From Lama glama (Eukaryota): 64,000 nucleotides of DNA. A program made the position numbers and the translations under genes. The notes beneath the pieces were generated by a model that saw only the letters and a program-made list of their open reading frames with translations, was not told where the DNA came from and made no database searches. Positions within the stretch are counted from its first letter, which is position 1. Each line of letters starts with the position of its first letter. Of this stretch, positions 52,601 to 63,908 are shown piece after piece. The stretch covers positions 36,334,001 to 36,398,000 of the forward strand of contig CM052817.1 in assembly GCA_028534125.1 (NCBI GenBank), in the 5' to 3' direction.

Positions 52601-54440
52601 ACATCCTATTTGTCGGACACCGTGCTAAGTAATTCACATACATTAGGTCACTTATCCTTAACAGAGATGGCATTGTTAATCCAAATTTCTAAATGAGAAC
52701 TCTGCAAGTCAGAGAAATTAATGAACTCAGGGTCATAGAGCTGAGTGAGAATCCCTCCTGGATCTTTCTGACTCCAAAGCGCAAACTCAATCACGAAATT
52801 ATGAGATACAAGTTAAAATTCTTGTTATCTGTTTTTATATCAAAACATTATGTTGGGCTGCCACTACAAAGCTCAGTCTTCAGAGTTATGCATACCTGAC
52901 AACTCCGCCACAACCCATCCCAATGGCAGACACCCCTCCTTCCTCTTTGCTCTTCTTCATCCACATCCCCGCACCTCCCCATCCTTCAGAACCACTGCAG
53001 TTCTCTCCAGCCAGTTACCCTGCGTCACACCCTGGGCCCTGGTGCACACCTCCCTTACTGCCTAGAATGTCCTTCCCTGGAGGCACCTGGTAAACTCCCA
53101 CTTGCCCTGGGCACCTTGTTTTGAGTACTCTTAAGTGGAGCTGACCATTCCCTACCCTAGTAATGACTACATTTATTCACCCCCCAAAAAATTTATTTTG
53201 ACCCACTAGGTTCTAAGCTAGGCTCTAGGGGAGACAGCGGAGTGTGAAACACACCCAGTCTTCACGCTGACACCCGCAAGGAGGTACCTGCCTCCCTTAC
53301 CAAACCATGAGCCTCTAAGGACCGGGAGCCTGCCTCTCTCCTGCTTCATCAGGAGTCTCATCACGGGGCCCTACACACAGCAAGGATTCGGCGCTTGCTG
53401 AATAAATGAAGGAATGCCCGAAGTCCGTGAATCCGTATCACAGACATCTCAAAATAGAAAGAAACATTACAGGTCTTCTGATCCAACTACTCCGTCTGAA
53501 ACAAAGGGGGACTGCTCTACAATTATGTCACTTGCACCTTATATGACACTGCTCTGGCACCACCAAGGTACAATCAGCCCCAGTGATGAACTGGTCCAAC
53601 CTCTTCCTTCACGGATGCAGAAATGGCCTGTTTTTGGTGATCTTTCCACTGAGTGCTGCAGAGCCCTGATAAAGGTGTATAATTAGGGATCCACTTTACC
53701 TCTGACTCCTAATTGGGCAGTGGTTCTGCCAAAGTTAACATAACTAAACTTTCCAACTTCCCTTGAGAGAAAAGAGTGTGTGTAAGAGAGAGAAGTTGCA
53801 GCTGAGATACAGATGCTGCCTGTGACAGACAGAGGAAGAGGGCAGTGAGGGCAGCTGAGGGCGCCGAGAGCAGGGAGAGAGCGAGCGTGAGAGGAGAGGG
53901 AGAGAGAGGGAGACCCAGAAGCAGAAGGGAAGACCAAATGATGAGGGAGGGGGAGAGAGGTCAGGGGAGGGAAGAGAAGTGAAGGAGAGAGAAAAAAAGA
54001 ACCAGAGCAAGACCTAGAAACAGACTGAGAGGATAACATGGAAAGTATCATCCCCTAGACCAATCAGTACAGTAGAACAGGAAAATAAATTAATAAAGGC
54101 TGCATCAGAAAGGGCTGCATTAACAAAGGAAGCATGTCTGAGGCATCTCCAAGTGGGAACCTAAAGACGGTAGTAACAGTGCTGAAACAAAGAAGCAACA
54201 ATCCCAGAAAGACCGTTCTGGAAGCCACAGAAAAGGAGTGCGATGCAGCGAAACACAGGGAAGAACCCGGCAGCCCTTGGTGAGGGGGACATTCACATCA
54301 GAAAAAGTGTTCTCATTTCTACACTTATATTAAAATAATTGCAAATAAAATGTTCTTATTCTAGTGGACCAGTCTCAACAAATGTTTTCATCACCTTCCT
54401 AAAGCCAAGTTGGAAACACTCCTTCCAGGAGCTTGCACAT

Positions 54441-54479
<39 letters not shown>

Positions 54480-57400
54480 CGTGTACAGATGAGCTCTGTA
54501 GACTGCTTGTAGCCCACGTGCCAACCATACCAACTACTCCACCCTAAGTGGGCAAGCCCTGAATGCTATCGGATACGCCACAGGGTCTCAGAGAATCTCT
54601 CAAAACACAATATTTCTTCTGAAATTTTGAGTTCTTATAAAAATGTTTCAATGTATTTTTCTTTTCTAAGTAACAATCCAGGGAATACCACCGTGTTAGT
54701 AATCCAGTCCTTTTGGGTTAACTTCTTAAAGGTGTTTCTTGCTATATTTAAGTCCAAATGAATAGACACCATTTCTCCAGCTATTCTGTGGAAGGAAGAT
54801 AAATGAAAACAAGATGAATAAGTAAATGAAAAAGGATACTTCAAAATTAATATTTTATTAGATTATCTATCCAGATGAAAAGTTTTTTCTAAAGCTTACT
54901 TCATCTTAAAAAAATTATTTTTCTCAGCTTTACAATAACTAAAAAAATTTGGCTGAATATGAAAACAATTGAAAATGTAGCTGACAACATATGATTATTT
55001 CCAAAATGTCAAAAAATATCAAGGCTTCATTAACAATATGTTTGCTATCTGACTTTAACTCACATGTTGTCTTAACTTAAATGAGTAATCAATCAATATT
55101 TATTTTCCAATGAAAAAAAGGTAAGTTTTTCTCACTTCAGAAAAAAATGATCATTTCTCCCAGTTACACGAACTATATAAGCAGGGACCAAAAAAGGGGT
55201 TTCAGAGCAGTAAATTCTTAGTATTCCAATAAAAAAATTACTAATGAAATTAACCCAAGAATCACAATCTATACTATACTGAAAATACTGTCTAAAAATA
55301 GACACATTATTTGTAAAATAATACATATATTCAGTGTCTAGAAGTAGAAAAATTCAAAGAAACCTTAGTATCTTACAATAAGGAAATAATCAAATTAAGG
55401 TATATCCTTCCCATGGAATACCATGCAGCCATTAAAATAATGTTACAGGAAAATACTTAAAAATATGGAAATTGAATAAAATGGAAAATGGGCAAATATA
55501 TTAAGTGTAAAGCCATGTATAAAATAATATAATCCCATTTTTGTAGAAGAACACATTTGCATAGAAAAATATACATAAATATACATGCTAGCTATTACGC
55601 TTAAATGGTGAATTCTGGCTGATTTTCATTTTCTCTTTGTTTCATATCTGTATTTTTGATATTTTCTACAGCAAGCATATGTGTGCTTTTGTTAAAAAAA
55701 GTAATTTTTAAAAACAGATAAAGACATAGATAATTATTTTACCATCAAACCTTTTTTTTTAAACTTTTTTTTAAAATTGGGATATAACTGACATATAACA
55801 TAATCTAGTTTAAGGTGTGTACAACATAACGCATTGATGTATGTATAGTATATATTGTGAAATGATCGCCACACAGTTATAAGTTTTTTTCCCTTGTGAT
55901 GAGAACTTTTAAGATCTATTCTCTTAGCAACTTTCAAATATACAATATAGTATTATTAACCACAGTCACCATGCTATCTATACATAGTGTTTTTAACAGA
56001 ATTTTAACTTTATTATATATATTACCTTTCCCTTAAGAAACTTCCAGTCAGACACGCAGTAGATGAAAATATCTCTCTGATTTCCCTAGATCAGGAATAA
56101 AATGGTGGTTAAAACAAATCAGAGTATGACTCCTTACAGCAGGAAACAGGATAATAAAACATCTTATAATTGTCATTCAAAATTCTTCCTCTGTCTCCGA
56201 TTTATCTGCATATTGCCATGGGCATCTGAAAGTCTATTTCATTTGCTAAATCTCAAAATTTCAGAGGCAAACACAGGGAATAAAAAGATATGTACTCAGA
56301 GAAACCACAGGGAAAGAAAAGAAAGAAGGCTTGACCGAGGGTCAGTGTTTTCTTGGACAAATAAAACATTCCCAACCCACCTCGCTTTCCAAGCCCTATT
56401 TATTTCTATTCCACTTAGGTGGAAATAAAAAAAATTATCAGAAACAAAATGGAGGGAGGTACACTCAGGGCCATCTTAGAAGTAATTGCACCAATAGTTC
56501 TCTATCATTTGTGCTCTGCAAGTTATGATGCGGGCATTTCTTATAACCACATTCTAGAAATAGAAAGTGATACCTAAAAATGTCTCTAAAAGGAAATGCC
56601 TGTAAAAATGAGAATAACCTTTACAGATGGTAGGAATTCTCTCATTTAGAGCAAGGTTGCCCAAGCTGTCCACCTGTAAATATTAGCTCAACAAACAAGA
56701 AGTTCCAAAATCAAACAGGGCTGGGAAACTGTAGGCTCTATTTCCTGCTCAAAGTCACAATTATGCAAACATATCAAAAGCCCAGAGAAGTCCTGCAGTA
56801 AAGAAAGGTGCCCTCATGGAGCTTATGTGCTAGTTGTGACGGTTAATTGTATGTGTCAACTTGGCCAGTCCGTGGTACCTAGAGATTTGACCAACCATCA
56901 ATCTATATGTTGCTGTGAAGGTGTTTTTTAGATGAGATTAACATTTAAATCAGTAGACTCTGAGCAAAGCAGATTATTCTCCATAACGTTGGGTGAGCCT
57001 CATCCAATCAGTTGAAGGCCTTAAGAGAAAAAGTCTAAGGTCTCCTGAGGAAGAGGGAATTCTGCCTCCAGACAGCCTTGGGACTCAAGCTGCAATATCA
57101 TCTCTTCTCTGGGTCTCCAGCCTGCTGTCTTGCCTTACAGATTTTGTATTCACTGCCAGCCCCTACCACTGCATGAGCAATTCCTTAAAATCTCATTCTC
57201 TCTCTCTCTACACATACACACACACACACACAACTGGTTCTGTTTCTCTGGAGATCTCTAACTAATGGACCACTAAAATCTTGCATCTCTGCAGTGTGCA
57301 GAACCAGCTGGGGAAACAATGCTCTAGAGAGCTGTATGAGCAGACCATCAGATACATGGAGTGTACCTTTTTGTATTTTGCCACCGTTTAGTCCCCACAT

Positions 57401-60400
57401 CAGCAATCCATCTCTTCACAGTGCCTTCATTCAAGGTAGGAATTTTCCTCCTCAGATTAACATAGGAATTCTATAAACAAAAAAGTAAAATATAGTACTT
57501 TAGACACAACAGAAACAGGTATCCAACTTTCAGGCACCTTCTAAGGATAGAGAGTGATACTCACAAGTTGGATAATATGGCTCTGGAAAATCAGGAAGAA
57601 AGATTCTACCAAGGTGCAATCAATCATTTGTCTGGTTGCCAATTTCTTGCCCAAGGAGGCTTAGATTCAAAGTAAATTTCTCTGAATGCCCCAATACTCA
57701 CTTTATACAGGTATGATCAGATTAAACTGAACATGAGACAGCTTTGAGTGGGAAGATTCTAAAAGGACTGGGTACAGAAGTAGGAGGAATTCAGTTTGCC
57801 TGAAGTAGGATGAGTAGGTTATGGACTGCTTATTCAAAAGCCTATGAATCTTGCATCTGTTTTTAGTACTAGCTGCAAAGTCACTTCAGAATGCCAACCT
57901 ACTGGCTCACTAGAACCCTGACCAAAATGCCATTGGCAAGGAGCCTCCCAAAAGGTAAGCAGAGTCTAAGGAAATCTCACTTATCTGACACACAGGGCAA
58001 ATCTGCTGACTTTTATGAGTAGTTATGTATGTAGTTTAGACAATAAAGGGTCAAGAATGTCTAGCCATCCCCCAGAAGTCAGCCTAGTAACCTGATGATT
58101 TTGGAATTCACCAAATCTAGATTCTGGAACCTTCTGTTTTGCTTAAAATACATTATGAAATTTCTAAAGATCTATTTTTACCTCTTTTTCCATCCAAAGC
58201 AAAATGCTTTGATTCCCTCCAGCAATCATTATTAACTCCTTTTCTGAGGTGCGGCTTTCTGAAAGGGATTTACAAAAAATAAGAGTTTAGAAACTCATTT
58301 GGCACAAATATATACACTCAATCTAAATAATTTCAGATGCTTCTTAAATTTAGTCCTTTTATCTTTCTGACAAAGACTCAGTTCACATCCATAAAGCAGA
58401 AATATGTATCTACTTTAGGGTGAAGTCTAGTTGGTAAACAGGTGATTTGTAAGGTTGACATGTGGTATCAGTTTAATACACATAATTAATATAAATGCTC
58501 ATCTATATAAAACACAGTCAAACAAATATTTGACTAGTTAACTCTTCCCTGGTTTAATTCAGCTCCTGTTACTAAAAACCATATTCGACAACTCAAGATT
58601 TAATCAATGACTATTGGCTGTGAAGAATGTAAGTACTTCAAAAGTCCATGTAAGTGGTTATAAGAAACCAAATATAATATATGAACTGCTTAAGGAAATA
58701 ACCCTACTATTCATTTCTCCAAAAGAACTGAGAGTTTGATACTCCGGGTTACCACTAAGCTTTCAGAAACAAGCAATCACAGTGCTCAGAGGCACTTGAA
58801 TAGTGGAATGTTTCACAGCCAAGAGCTGAAGTTACACAGGGCACAGTTCAAATCCAGCCAAAGCACCAGGTAGGGGCTAATTCCGAACTCTCCAGGTCTC
58901 TGTACCCTCCAGTAAAACAGGACTGAGAGCACACACTTTCCAGAACTGTTTAAGGACAGGTGAGACAACACACGCAAGTATGAGGCACAGTTCCGGTGCC
59001 CGGCGTACGGCAGCTGCTCGGCACGCGGAGAGGTCTGTATCGCCATGGGATTAACAGGGTCCCTCGTACGCTGGAACCAGAGGCTGTACGGGCCCCTGGA
59101 CCCACACAGTCTGTTTTATATTGCATCATTTTAAGTCCACATTAATCTTACTCTGAAGGGCTAAGAGAAAATGAATGGTCATTTTGACTTAAGGAATCAG
59201 ATTGAATATTTTCAAGCTGTTTACAAGTACAAAAATGAGCCAATGCCTAGAAAAACTCCCTCCGTAGTCATACATCTTTTTTCTTGCACATTACACACTT
59301 GGAAAAATCAGTTTCTCAACAAAGGTATTTATGCCAAATCCTGTGCTCCTACAGGATTTACCAAATTTGAGCTCTTCATTTGATGACAATTTCATGGGAA
59401 GTGGTATCAGCTGATTGTGTGTCCCACCGTTTCCCAGTTGTCCTTCTTTTCCAGAACCAAAAGAAAAGACCTTCCCCAAATCAGAAACAAAGGCAAGTGT
59501 GTGCCGCCTGTTAAATAAAAGCACATACAGTCAATTCTCAATGATCCACAGTGATGAGAGCACGCAGCTACATAGGTAACGGCAGAAATTAGGAGACCCA
59601 GTGAGGGAAACTAGTTCACCAACTCCCAGTGGGTGAAATTAGCCACCTGGAAACTAAGAAATCACTAATGTGTGGCTGAGACGATTTGGGAACCCTTAAG
59701 TCCTCTCAAGGCCACCATGCTGCACCTTGGCCAATGATGTTCCCTTTGTCAGAACAAACACCTCCTCTTGTCTTCCACTCCTTTTTTAAGCCTTGGCTTG
59801 AGTCACCACCTCCTACAAGCCATCTCTGAGTCCATCCTCTTCCCATCCTAGAAGATGGAATTAGGTGATCCTCTCTGAATCCACACTCTATTTCCCAAAG
59901 ACCTTTATCTTACTGATTTGCCTGATGGCTGCTCCCACTACACAGATGTGTAAGTGAAGAATTTCGCCTCACTCAGAGGTCTGGCAAACTTTGTCCTCAG
60001 TTCTGGGAGGTAATGTCTAAACTCTTAGAATTTCCCAAGGGACAGAAGTGTCTTTGTTATTCACTGTAGGCCAATAAGGCCACACCTAATAGTTTACCCA
60101 GGGGGTCATGGAAGGCCCCTCCAGCTGTACATAAGCCCAACCTCTGGGCAGATGAGGCTGGAGACTGAGTTCAGCCATATGGGCAATGACTCAATCAATC
60201 ACAAGGAAGCAATGAAACCCCAATAACGATCATGGACTTGGGTGAGCTTCCCTGTTTGGCAGTACTCTTCACAGCCATGTATCAGGCTGGGAGGAGGCGA
60301 CAATGTCCATGGGTTGAACGGGAGAGGACACCAGAATCTCCTCATTTGGACCCCTTCTAGTCTCTGTCCAATGCATCTTTTCCTTTGAATGGTTCTACTT

Positions 60401-63360
60401 TATGTCCTCTTCTTACAATAAAAATGACCTTCAGTATAACAGCTTCCAGTGAGTTTTGTGTCTTTCCAGTGAATGCTCCTCTCTTAGTAGGGGTACTGCC
60501 CTGGTTTGCATTAAGACATCCCTAAAGTGATGGCTCTTCCTGTAATACATGCAACTCAGAGGAATGTGTGTTATGATAAATCCAAAGCGGTGACAATGTT
60601 CCTTTGATTAATGCAGAGATACTGAATACAGGGAATCATACCATCCCAATAAGCTAGTCTACTTTAGGAATATCTATTTATGTAATTTTACTCCAAGATC
60701 TTAAGAGAATATGTGTATAGACTGAAAGTACATACACCAGTTTTTTATAGTAAAGGTTTGTAAACAAACAAATGAACCCAACATTCAGATACAAAATGAA
60801 TTTGCTTGTGTTTAGTTAGGAGAAAATTACCCAAAAGAGGAATAAATTTATCTGTGTGACTATTTCTTAACCACACCCAGACCCATTATCCCACTGGTGA
60901 GAAGTGGGCTGATGTTCAAAGAAGAAAATTGTTAAGTAAATCAAGGTGTTTGAGCGAATTTTTTTACTTTTGTTTTAAAAACAAGACCTGTGAAAATCAA
61001 ACTTTAAATAACATTCTATTCAAACCACCACTGACTTTGTCTTATACTGTGACCACTCTGAAAGAATCACGGTATGTTGGCCCTGGAGGGGTGTGTGAGA
61101 GTGATTACATCACTGAACAATCCTTTCTAATACATGTCTGTCTATTTTTTCCCCAATAAATGATAACTTATTTTTCTTAAAGACAAAATGCATCTGAACC
61201 ATTACAAAGGTATTTCACTAAAGGAGCAAAAGAAAGTAAACATATCTGCTCATAAAAAAAAAATCAATAAAAACAAATATATATACTAAAATAAAGATTT
61301 ATTATGATTATCTAATAATGTAAATTAAGCATCTTTACCTATCTAAAAATGTTCGATACTTTTATCTCAATCAAAGAAACTGATGGAAATTTTATTAAAC
61401 TACCTATCTAAATTTATTGTATATATTTCATCAATTTTCACTGACAGTTTGCAACTTACCTTCCACATGCTATCTGGGTCACTCTATTCCCAATGAGCCC
61501 AGTCACCAAACAGGGTTTTAACTCATTCTGTGTTGAATTGTGACCGAGTTGCCCATATTTTCCAGCACCAAAAGTGAACACCAGCCCACCCTAAAGAAAG
61601 GGAACTTCGTATCAGATTCTAGAGAAACAGGACACAGAAGTAACACTCACCAATGCAAAGGTATCTGTGAATAATTAATAAAAGCACCGTCAAAAGCAAA
61701 GACCTCCAATTACCAGGAGGCCAGTGCTGCATGTGGGAAGTGGCGACCCTCCCTCCCTGGGAAACACTAACTGCCCACATCTCCATGTTCCAGTGCCTTC
61801 CCCGCCACAAGGCGTCCTTCCGGAATTACAGTCAATGGGACAAGGGTACACGCACCTTCGTGAGCAAGGCACTGTGAGAGCCGCCACAAGCGAGAAATTC
61901 AATTGTCTGATTGTCCAGCGCTTCAATGAGGGCAGGAGAGTCTTTATCTGTGCAAGGGAAGGAGAGTTCACGTGACCAGAGGAAATGCCGAACTTCACAC
62001 CGGAGTCCTGCCACTGATAAGTACCTGGGCGACCTCCTCTCGGCCCAGCACCGCAGCCCCCAGCACATTCTGACGAGGAAGGCTCTACCCTGTCGGTATG
62101 TTTAAGTCTCCAAGTGGAGGTACAGCCACACTGGGGCCTCACCAATGAAAGTGTCAAGCCACTTCCCAGAGCCCATTCTTCTCTTTTTAACCTGACTTAA
62201 TTAGCTTTCCCTGCAGTATTTCTGGTTATTTCCAGTTCCCACAGAGATCACCCTTTCCGTGAACATAAAGATTCCTTGTTTCTTTCAAATTCTCAACTTA
62301 CAGGGTCCTTGACTCACACTACCTTTTTTTCTTTCATGATTATTTTCTTGTCCAAGCACTTAAGAGATTCAGCAAAAATAAGTTCAAGTGTCTTTTAGTC
62401 CTTTTCCTCCTTCGAATACTGTTCTAACCCTGACTTACGGGTTCTCCTGAGTAACTAGCATTGGGCCACGTCAGGCAGAAATGCAGAGTTTGACCAGAAA
62501 GCCGGGAGGTAATGTGTACATCACCACACCTGAAAACTCTATTAATAAAGTGTTTGGGAGCATCAGAAACATTGCCACCTGCTTTGTGGAGGTAGCTCAA
62601 TAATGCGAACTACTTTTTTTTCGTGTGTGTGTGTGTGTGTACAGATGTAAGCCATGCCTTATAGAATAAAGTTAGAATAGGTGAGTTTTTAAATAGACTT
62701 TTAGTATCCTTTTGTCATGACATAATTTTACTAACAGACATTTAAGTGCACAGGTACCTTGACGGTCAATTCATCCAAACTCATCACTTTACAAAAAAAA
62801 AGAAAACAAGACCTAGAGAAAAGTGAAGTGACTCAGGTAGGCCCTGCAGTTAGTTAACTTTGGAGTGGGAATCAGAGCCCAGGCATTCCGACCCCCAGTC
62901 CAACACTCTCTCCTTTCTCCCACTCGGCCCTGACACGTGTCTCAATTACAGCCATGACCTCCACATCGTGCATGTCTTTGAGACCGATCCTGCCCTGAAG
63001 ACAGAGGGATGACCAGGAAGAACACTGCAAATGAGACTGGGGATTTGAACCATTTCTGATAGGGAGGTCTGGGTTAAATCCATCTCTTATCTAAGAAATA
63101 CACGTGTTGATAATATAAATTTGAAAATGTTTCCATACTGTCGGTGTGGCCCAGGCCCAGCTGTCCAAAATCATTTCTTCCCCATGAGTAAACGTTTCCG
63201 GACATGGATAAGGCCAGGCTGTGGGCTTCTCCTGCAGAAATCTGAACCAAGGGGACTCCCGACAGGTGCTCCACAATCTGCGGTGTGGGGGTTGAGGGAC
63301 ATTCACTTCCAACTCCGAGCTGGCCGTGTAAGTTCTGGCCCCACGCAAAAAGCTCACCAC
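31509..63360 (-). CDS. HERC5: HERC5 E3 ISG15 ligase (RCC1-like domain + spacer + HECT), 5'-partial, 20 coding exons, about 869 aa
   Basis: Exons join in frame (2609 nt) with GT-AG boundaries; RCC1 repeats; HECT ending [15 protein letters not shown]...AINNNRGFG*; convergent synteny with PYURF/PIGY as in human. Confidence 0.95.
32766..32868 (-). CDS. HERC5: HERC5 exon 22 (HECT)
   Basis: [34 protein letters not shown]; tag| ... |gtaagt; 103 nt. Confidence 0.94.
32952..33135 (-). CDS. HERC5: HERC5 exon 21 (HECT)
   Basis: [62 protein letters not shown]; aag| ... |gtactt; 184 nt. Confidence 0.94.
34585..34655 (-). CDS. HERC5: HERC5 exon 20 (HECT)
   Basis: [23 protein letters not shown]; cag| ... 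|gtaggt; 71 nt. Confidence 0.93.
34947..35425 (+). mobile_element. MaLR LTR (MLT1F/G-like) in HERC5 intron 19
   Basis: tgtggtagatt...cccctctgcaatgtgac...ttgttttaagccactaagttt...agctaactgataca. Confidence 0.8.
35568..35634 (-). CDS. HERC5: HERC5 exon 19 (HECT)
   Basis: [23 protein letters not shown]; tag| ... |gtgagt; 67 nt. Confidence 0.93.
37955..38082 (+). mobile_element. MIR SINE
   Basis: ggattctggagccagactgcctatattcaaatc...ggcaagctacctcac...cagtttcctaatctgtaaaacaggaataatag. Confidence 0.8.
38291..39062. mobile_element. Tigger7/MER44-like TcMar DNA transposon derivative
   Basis: TA|CAGTAGTCCTCCCTTATCC ... GGTAAGGGGGTACCGCTG|TA inverted termini with TA target duplication. Confidence 0.88.
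39757..39923 (-). CDS. HERC5: HERC5 exon 18 (HECT)
   Basis: [55 protein letters not shown]; cag| ... |gtaagt; 167 nt. Confidence 0.94.
40125..40433 (+). mobile_element. LINE-1 3' end
   Basis: atgtatcaaatcaacatgttatacaacttaaatttat...atatttcaataaaaaataaaa; TSD ATTAACAGGA at 40115-40124 and 40434-40443. Confidence 0.8.
40858..41001 (-). CDS. HERC5: HERC5 exon 17 (HECT)
   Basis: [48 protein letters not shown]; tag| ... |gtaagt; 144 nt. Confidence 0.94.
43359..43529 (-). CDS. HERC5: HERC5 exon 16 (start of HECT domain)
   Basis: [57 protein letters not shown]; cag| ... |gtaaag; 171 nt. Confidence 0.93.
45079..45189 (-). CDS. HERC5: HERC5 exon 15
   Basis: [37 protein letters not shown]; tag| ... 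|gtatgc; 111 nt. Confidence 0.92.
46193..46306 (-). CDS. HERC5: HERC5 exon 14
   Basis: [38 protein letters not shown]; aag| ... |gtaagt; 114 nt. Confidence 0.92.
48830..49023. mobile_element. MER58-like hAT remnant
   Basis: ggccaaatcaggcc...acacagccatgcccattcat...caaagcctgaaacatttaccatctggtccttt. Confidence 0.75.
49080..50110 (+). mobile_element. Ancient LINE-1 (L1ME-like) fragment
   Basis: caagctacagactggga...atatttgcaacacatacaactgacaaaggactagtattc...caaccactttggaagacag. Confidence 0.7.
50223..50377 (-). CDS. HERC5: HERC5 exon 13
   Basis: [52 protein letters not shown]; cag| ... |gtaagg; 155 nt. Confidence 0.93.
50789..50877 (+). mobile_element. Camelid tRNA-Ala(AGC)-derived SINE (Vic-1-like, short form)
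   Basis: gggggagggtatagctcagtggtagagcacatgcttagcatacacgaggtcctgggttcaacccccggtatctcca + A tail; flanking AAACC(A/G)TATTTC duplication. Confidence 0.88.
51760..51949 (-). CDS. HERC5: HERC5 exon 12
   Basis: [63 protein letters not shown]; cag| ... |gtaaga; 190 nt. Confidence 0.93.
54434..54487. repeat. (GT)n(GC)n alternating purine-pyrimidine microsatellite
   Basis: tgcacatacgtgtgtg...gtgcgcgcgcgcgtgtaca. Confidence 0.95.
54692..54785 (-). CDS. HERC5: HERC5 exon 11
   Basis: [32 protein letters not shown]; cag| ... |gtggta; 94 nt. Confidence 0.9.
55760..55985 (-). mobile_element. LINE-1 3' end (L1MA9-like)
   Basis: gatataactgacatataacat...gtgatgagaacttttaagatctattctcttagcaactttcaaatatacaat. 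Confidence 0.85.
56026..56085 (-). CDS. HERC5: HERC5 exon 10
   Basis: [20 protein letters not shown]; tag| ... |gtaata; 60 nt. Confidence 0.92.
56835..57266 (+). mobile_element. ERVL LTR (MLT2) close to HERC5 exon 9
   Basis: tgtgacggttaattgtatgtgtcaacttggcc...gagattaacatttaaatcagtagactctgag...ggttctgtttctctggaga. Confidence 0.88.
57367..57470 (-). CDS. HERC5: HERC5 exon 9
   Basis: [34 protein letters not shown]; tag| ... |gtacac; 104 nt. Confidence 0.92.
58182..58258 (-). CDS. HERC5: HERC5 exon 8
   Basis: [26 protein letters not shown]; cag| ... |gtaaaa; 77 nt. Confidence 0.92.
59362..59507 (-). CDS. HERC5: HERC5 exon 7
   Basis: [49 protein letters not shown]; cag| ... |gtaaat; 146 nt. 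Confidence 0.93.
59946..60480 (+). mobile_element. MER21-like LTR
   Basis: gttctgggaggtaatgtctaaactctt...agtgtctttgttattcac...gggtgagcttccctgtttggcagtactc...gtgagttttgtg. Confidence 0.65.
61460..61590 (-). CDS. HERC5: HERC5 exon 6
   Basis: [43 protein letters not shown]; tag| ... |gtaagt; 131 nt. Confidence 0.93.
61856..61947 (-). CDS. HERC5: HERC5 exon 5
   Basis: [31 protein letters not shown]; cag| ... |gtgcgt; 92 nt. Confidence 0.93.
63139..63360 (-). CDS. HERC5: HERC5 exon 4 (RCC1 repeats)
   Basis: [73 protein letters not shown]; aag| ... |gtatgg; 222 nt. Confidence 0.93.
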
Positions 63361-63577
63361 CTTGACATAAACAAAGAAAATGCTATCTTAGTAAGTTTAA
63401 AATGCAGCAGACATCACCCTAGGACATTATATATGTTATCCACACTATACCATCACAATCTCTTCCATTCAAACTGACAGGACTTCTCAGATCTCCTATG
63501 TCTCAGTCAGAAAAACTAGGAGAACCTTCCCTTTAGCAGTAACAGTTACACTTCCTTACCTCCTACTCAAAGGGTAG

Positions 63578-63908
63578 TGCCATGAACTGAATGTGTGTCC
63601 CACCAAAATTCCTATGTTGAACTTCTAACCATCAGTGTGATGGTATTAGGAGGTGGGGCCTTTGGGAGGTGATGAGAATTAGATGGGGTCAGGAGGGTGG
63701 AGCCCTCGTGAATGGGATTAATGCTCTTATAAAAGGGACCCCAGAGAGCTCTCGCTGGACTTCTCCATCTGTAAGACTGGCCCTCACTAGACACTGAATC
63801 TGCTGGAACCCTGAACTGGAATTCCACTTCCAGAATTGTGAGAAATAAATGTCTGCTGTTTAAGCCACACAGTCTATTTTTGTTCCAGCAGCCGAATGAA
63901 CAAAGACA
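63578..63908 (+). mobile_element. MaLR LTR (MLT1A-like)
   Basis: gtgtgatggtattaggaggtggggcctttgggaggtga...ccagaattgtgagaaataaatgtctgctgtttaagccac. Confidence 0.88.

Noticed and set aside
61651..61664. 14-nt poison micro-exon in HERC5 intron 5 (cacag|ATACCTTTGCATTG|gtgagt, minus)
   Set aside because: Splice-like signals are present, but the downstream intron would be only 60 nt, below the usual mammalian minimum; no transcript evidence available
31509..63360. HERC6, HERC3 or a HERC5/6 chimera or pseudogene
   Set aside because: Every exon matches HERC5 as recalled, including the C-terminal AINNNRGFG; adjacency to PIGY fits HERC5; no frameshifts or stops
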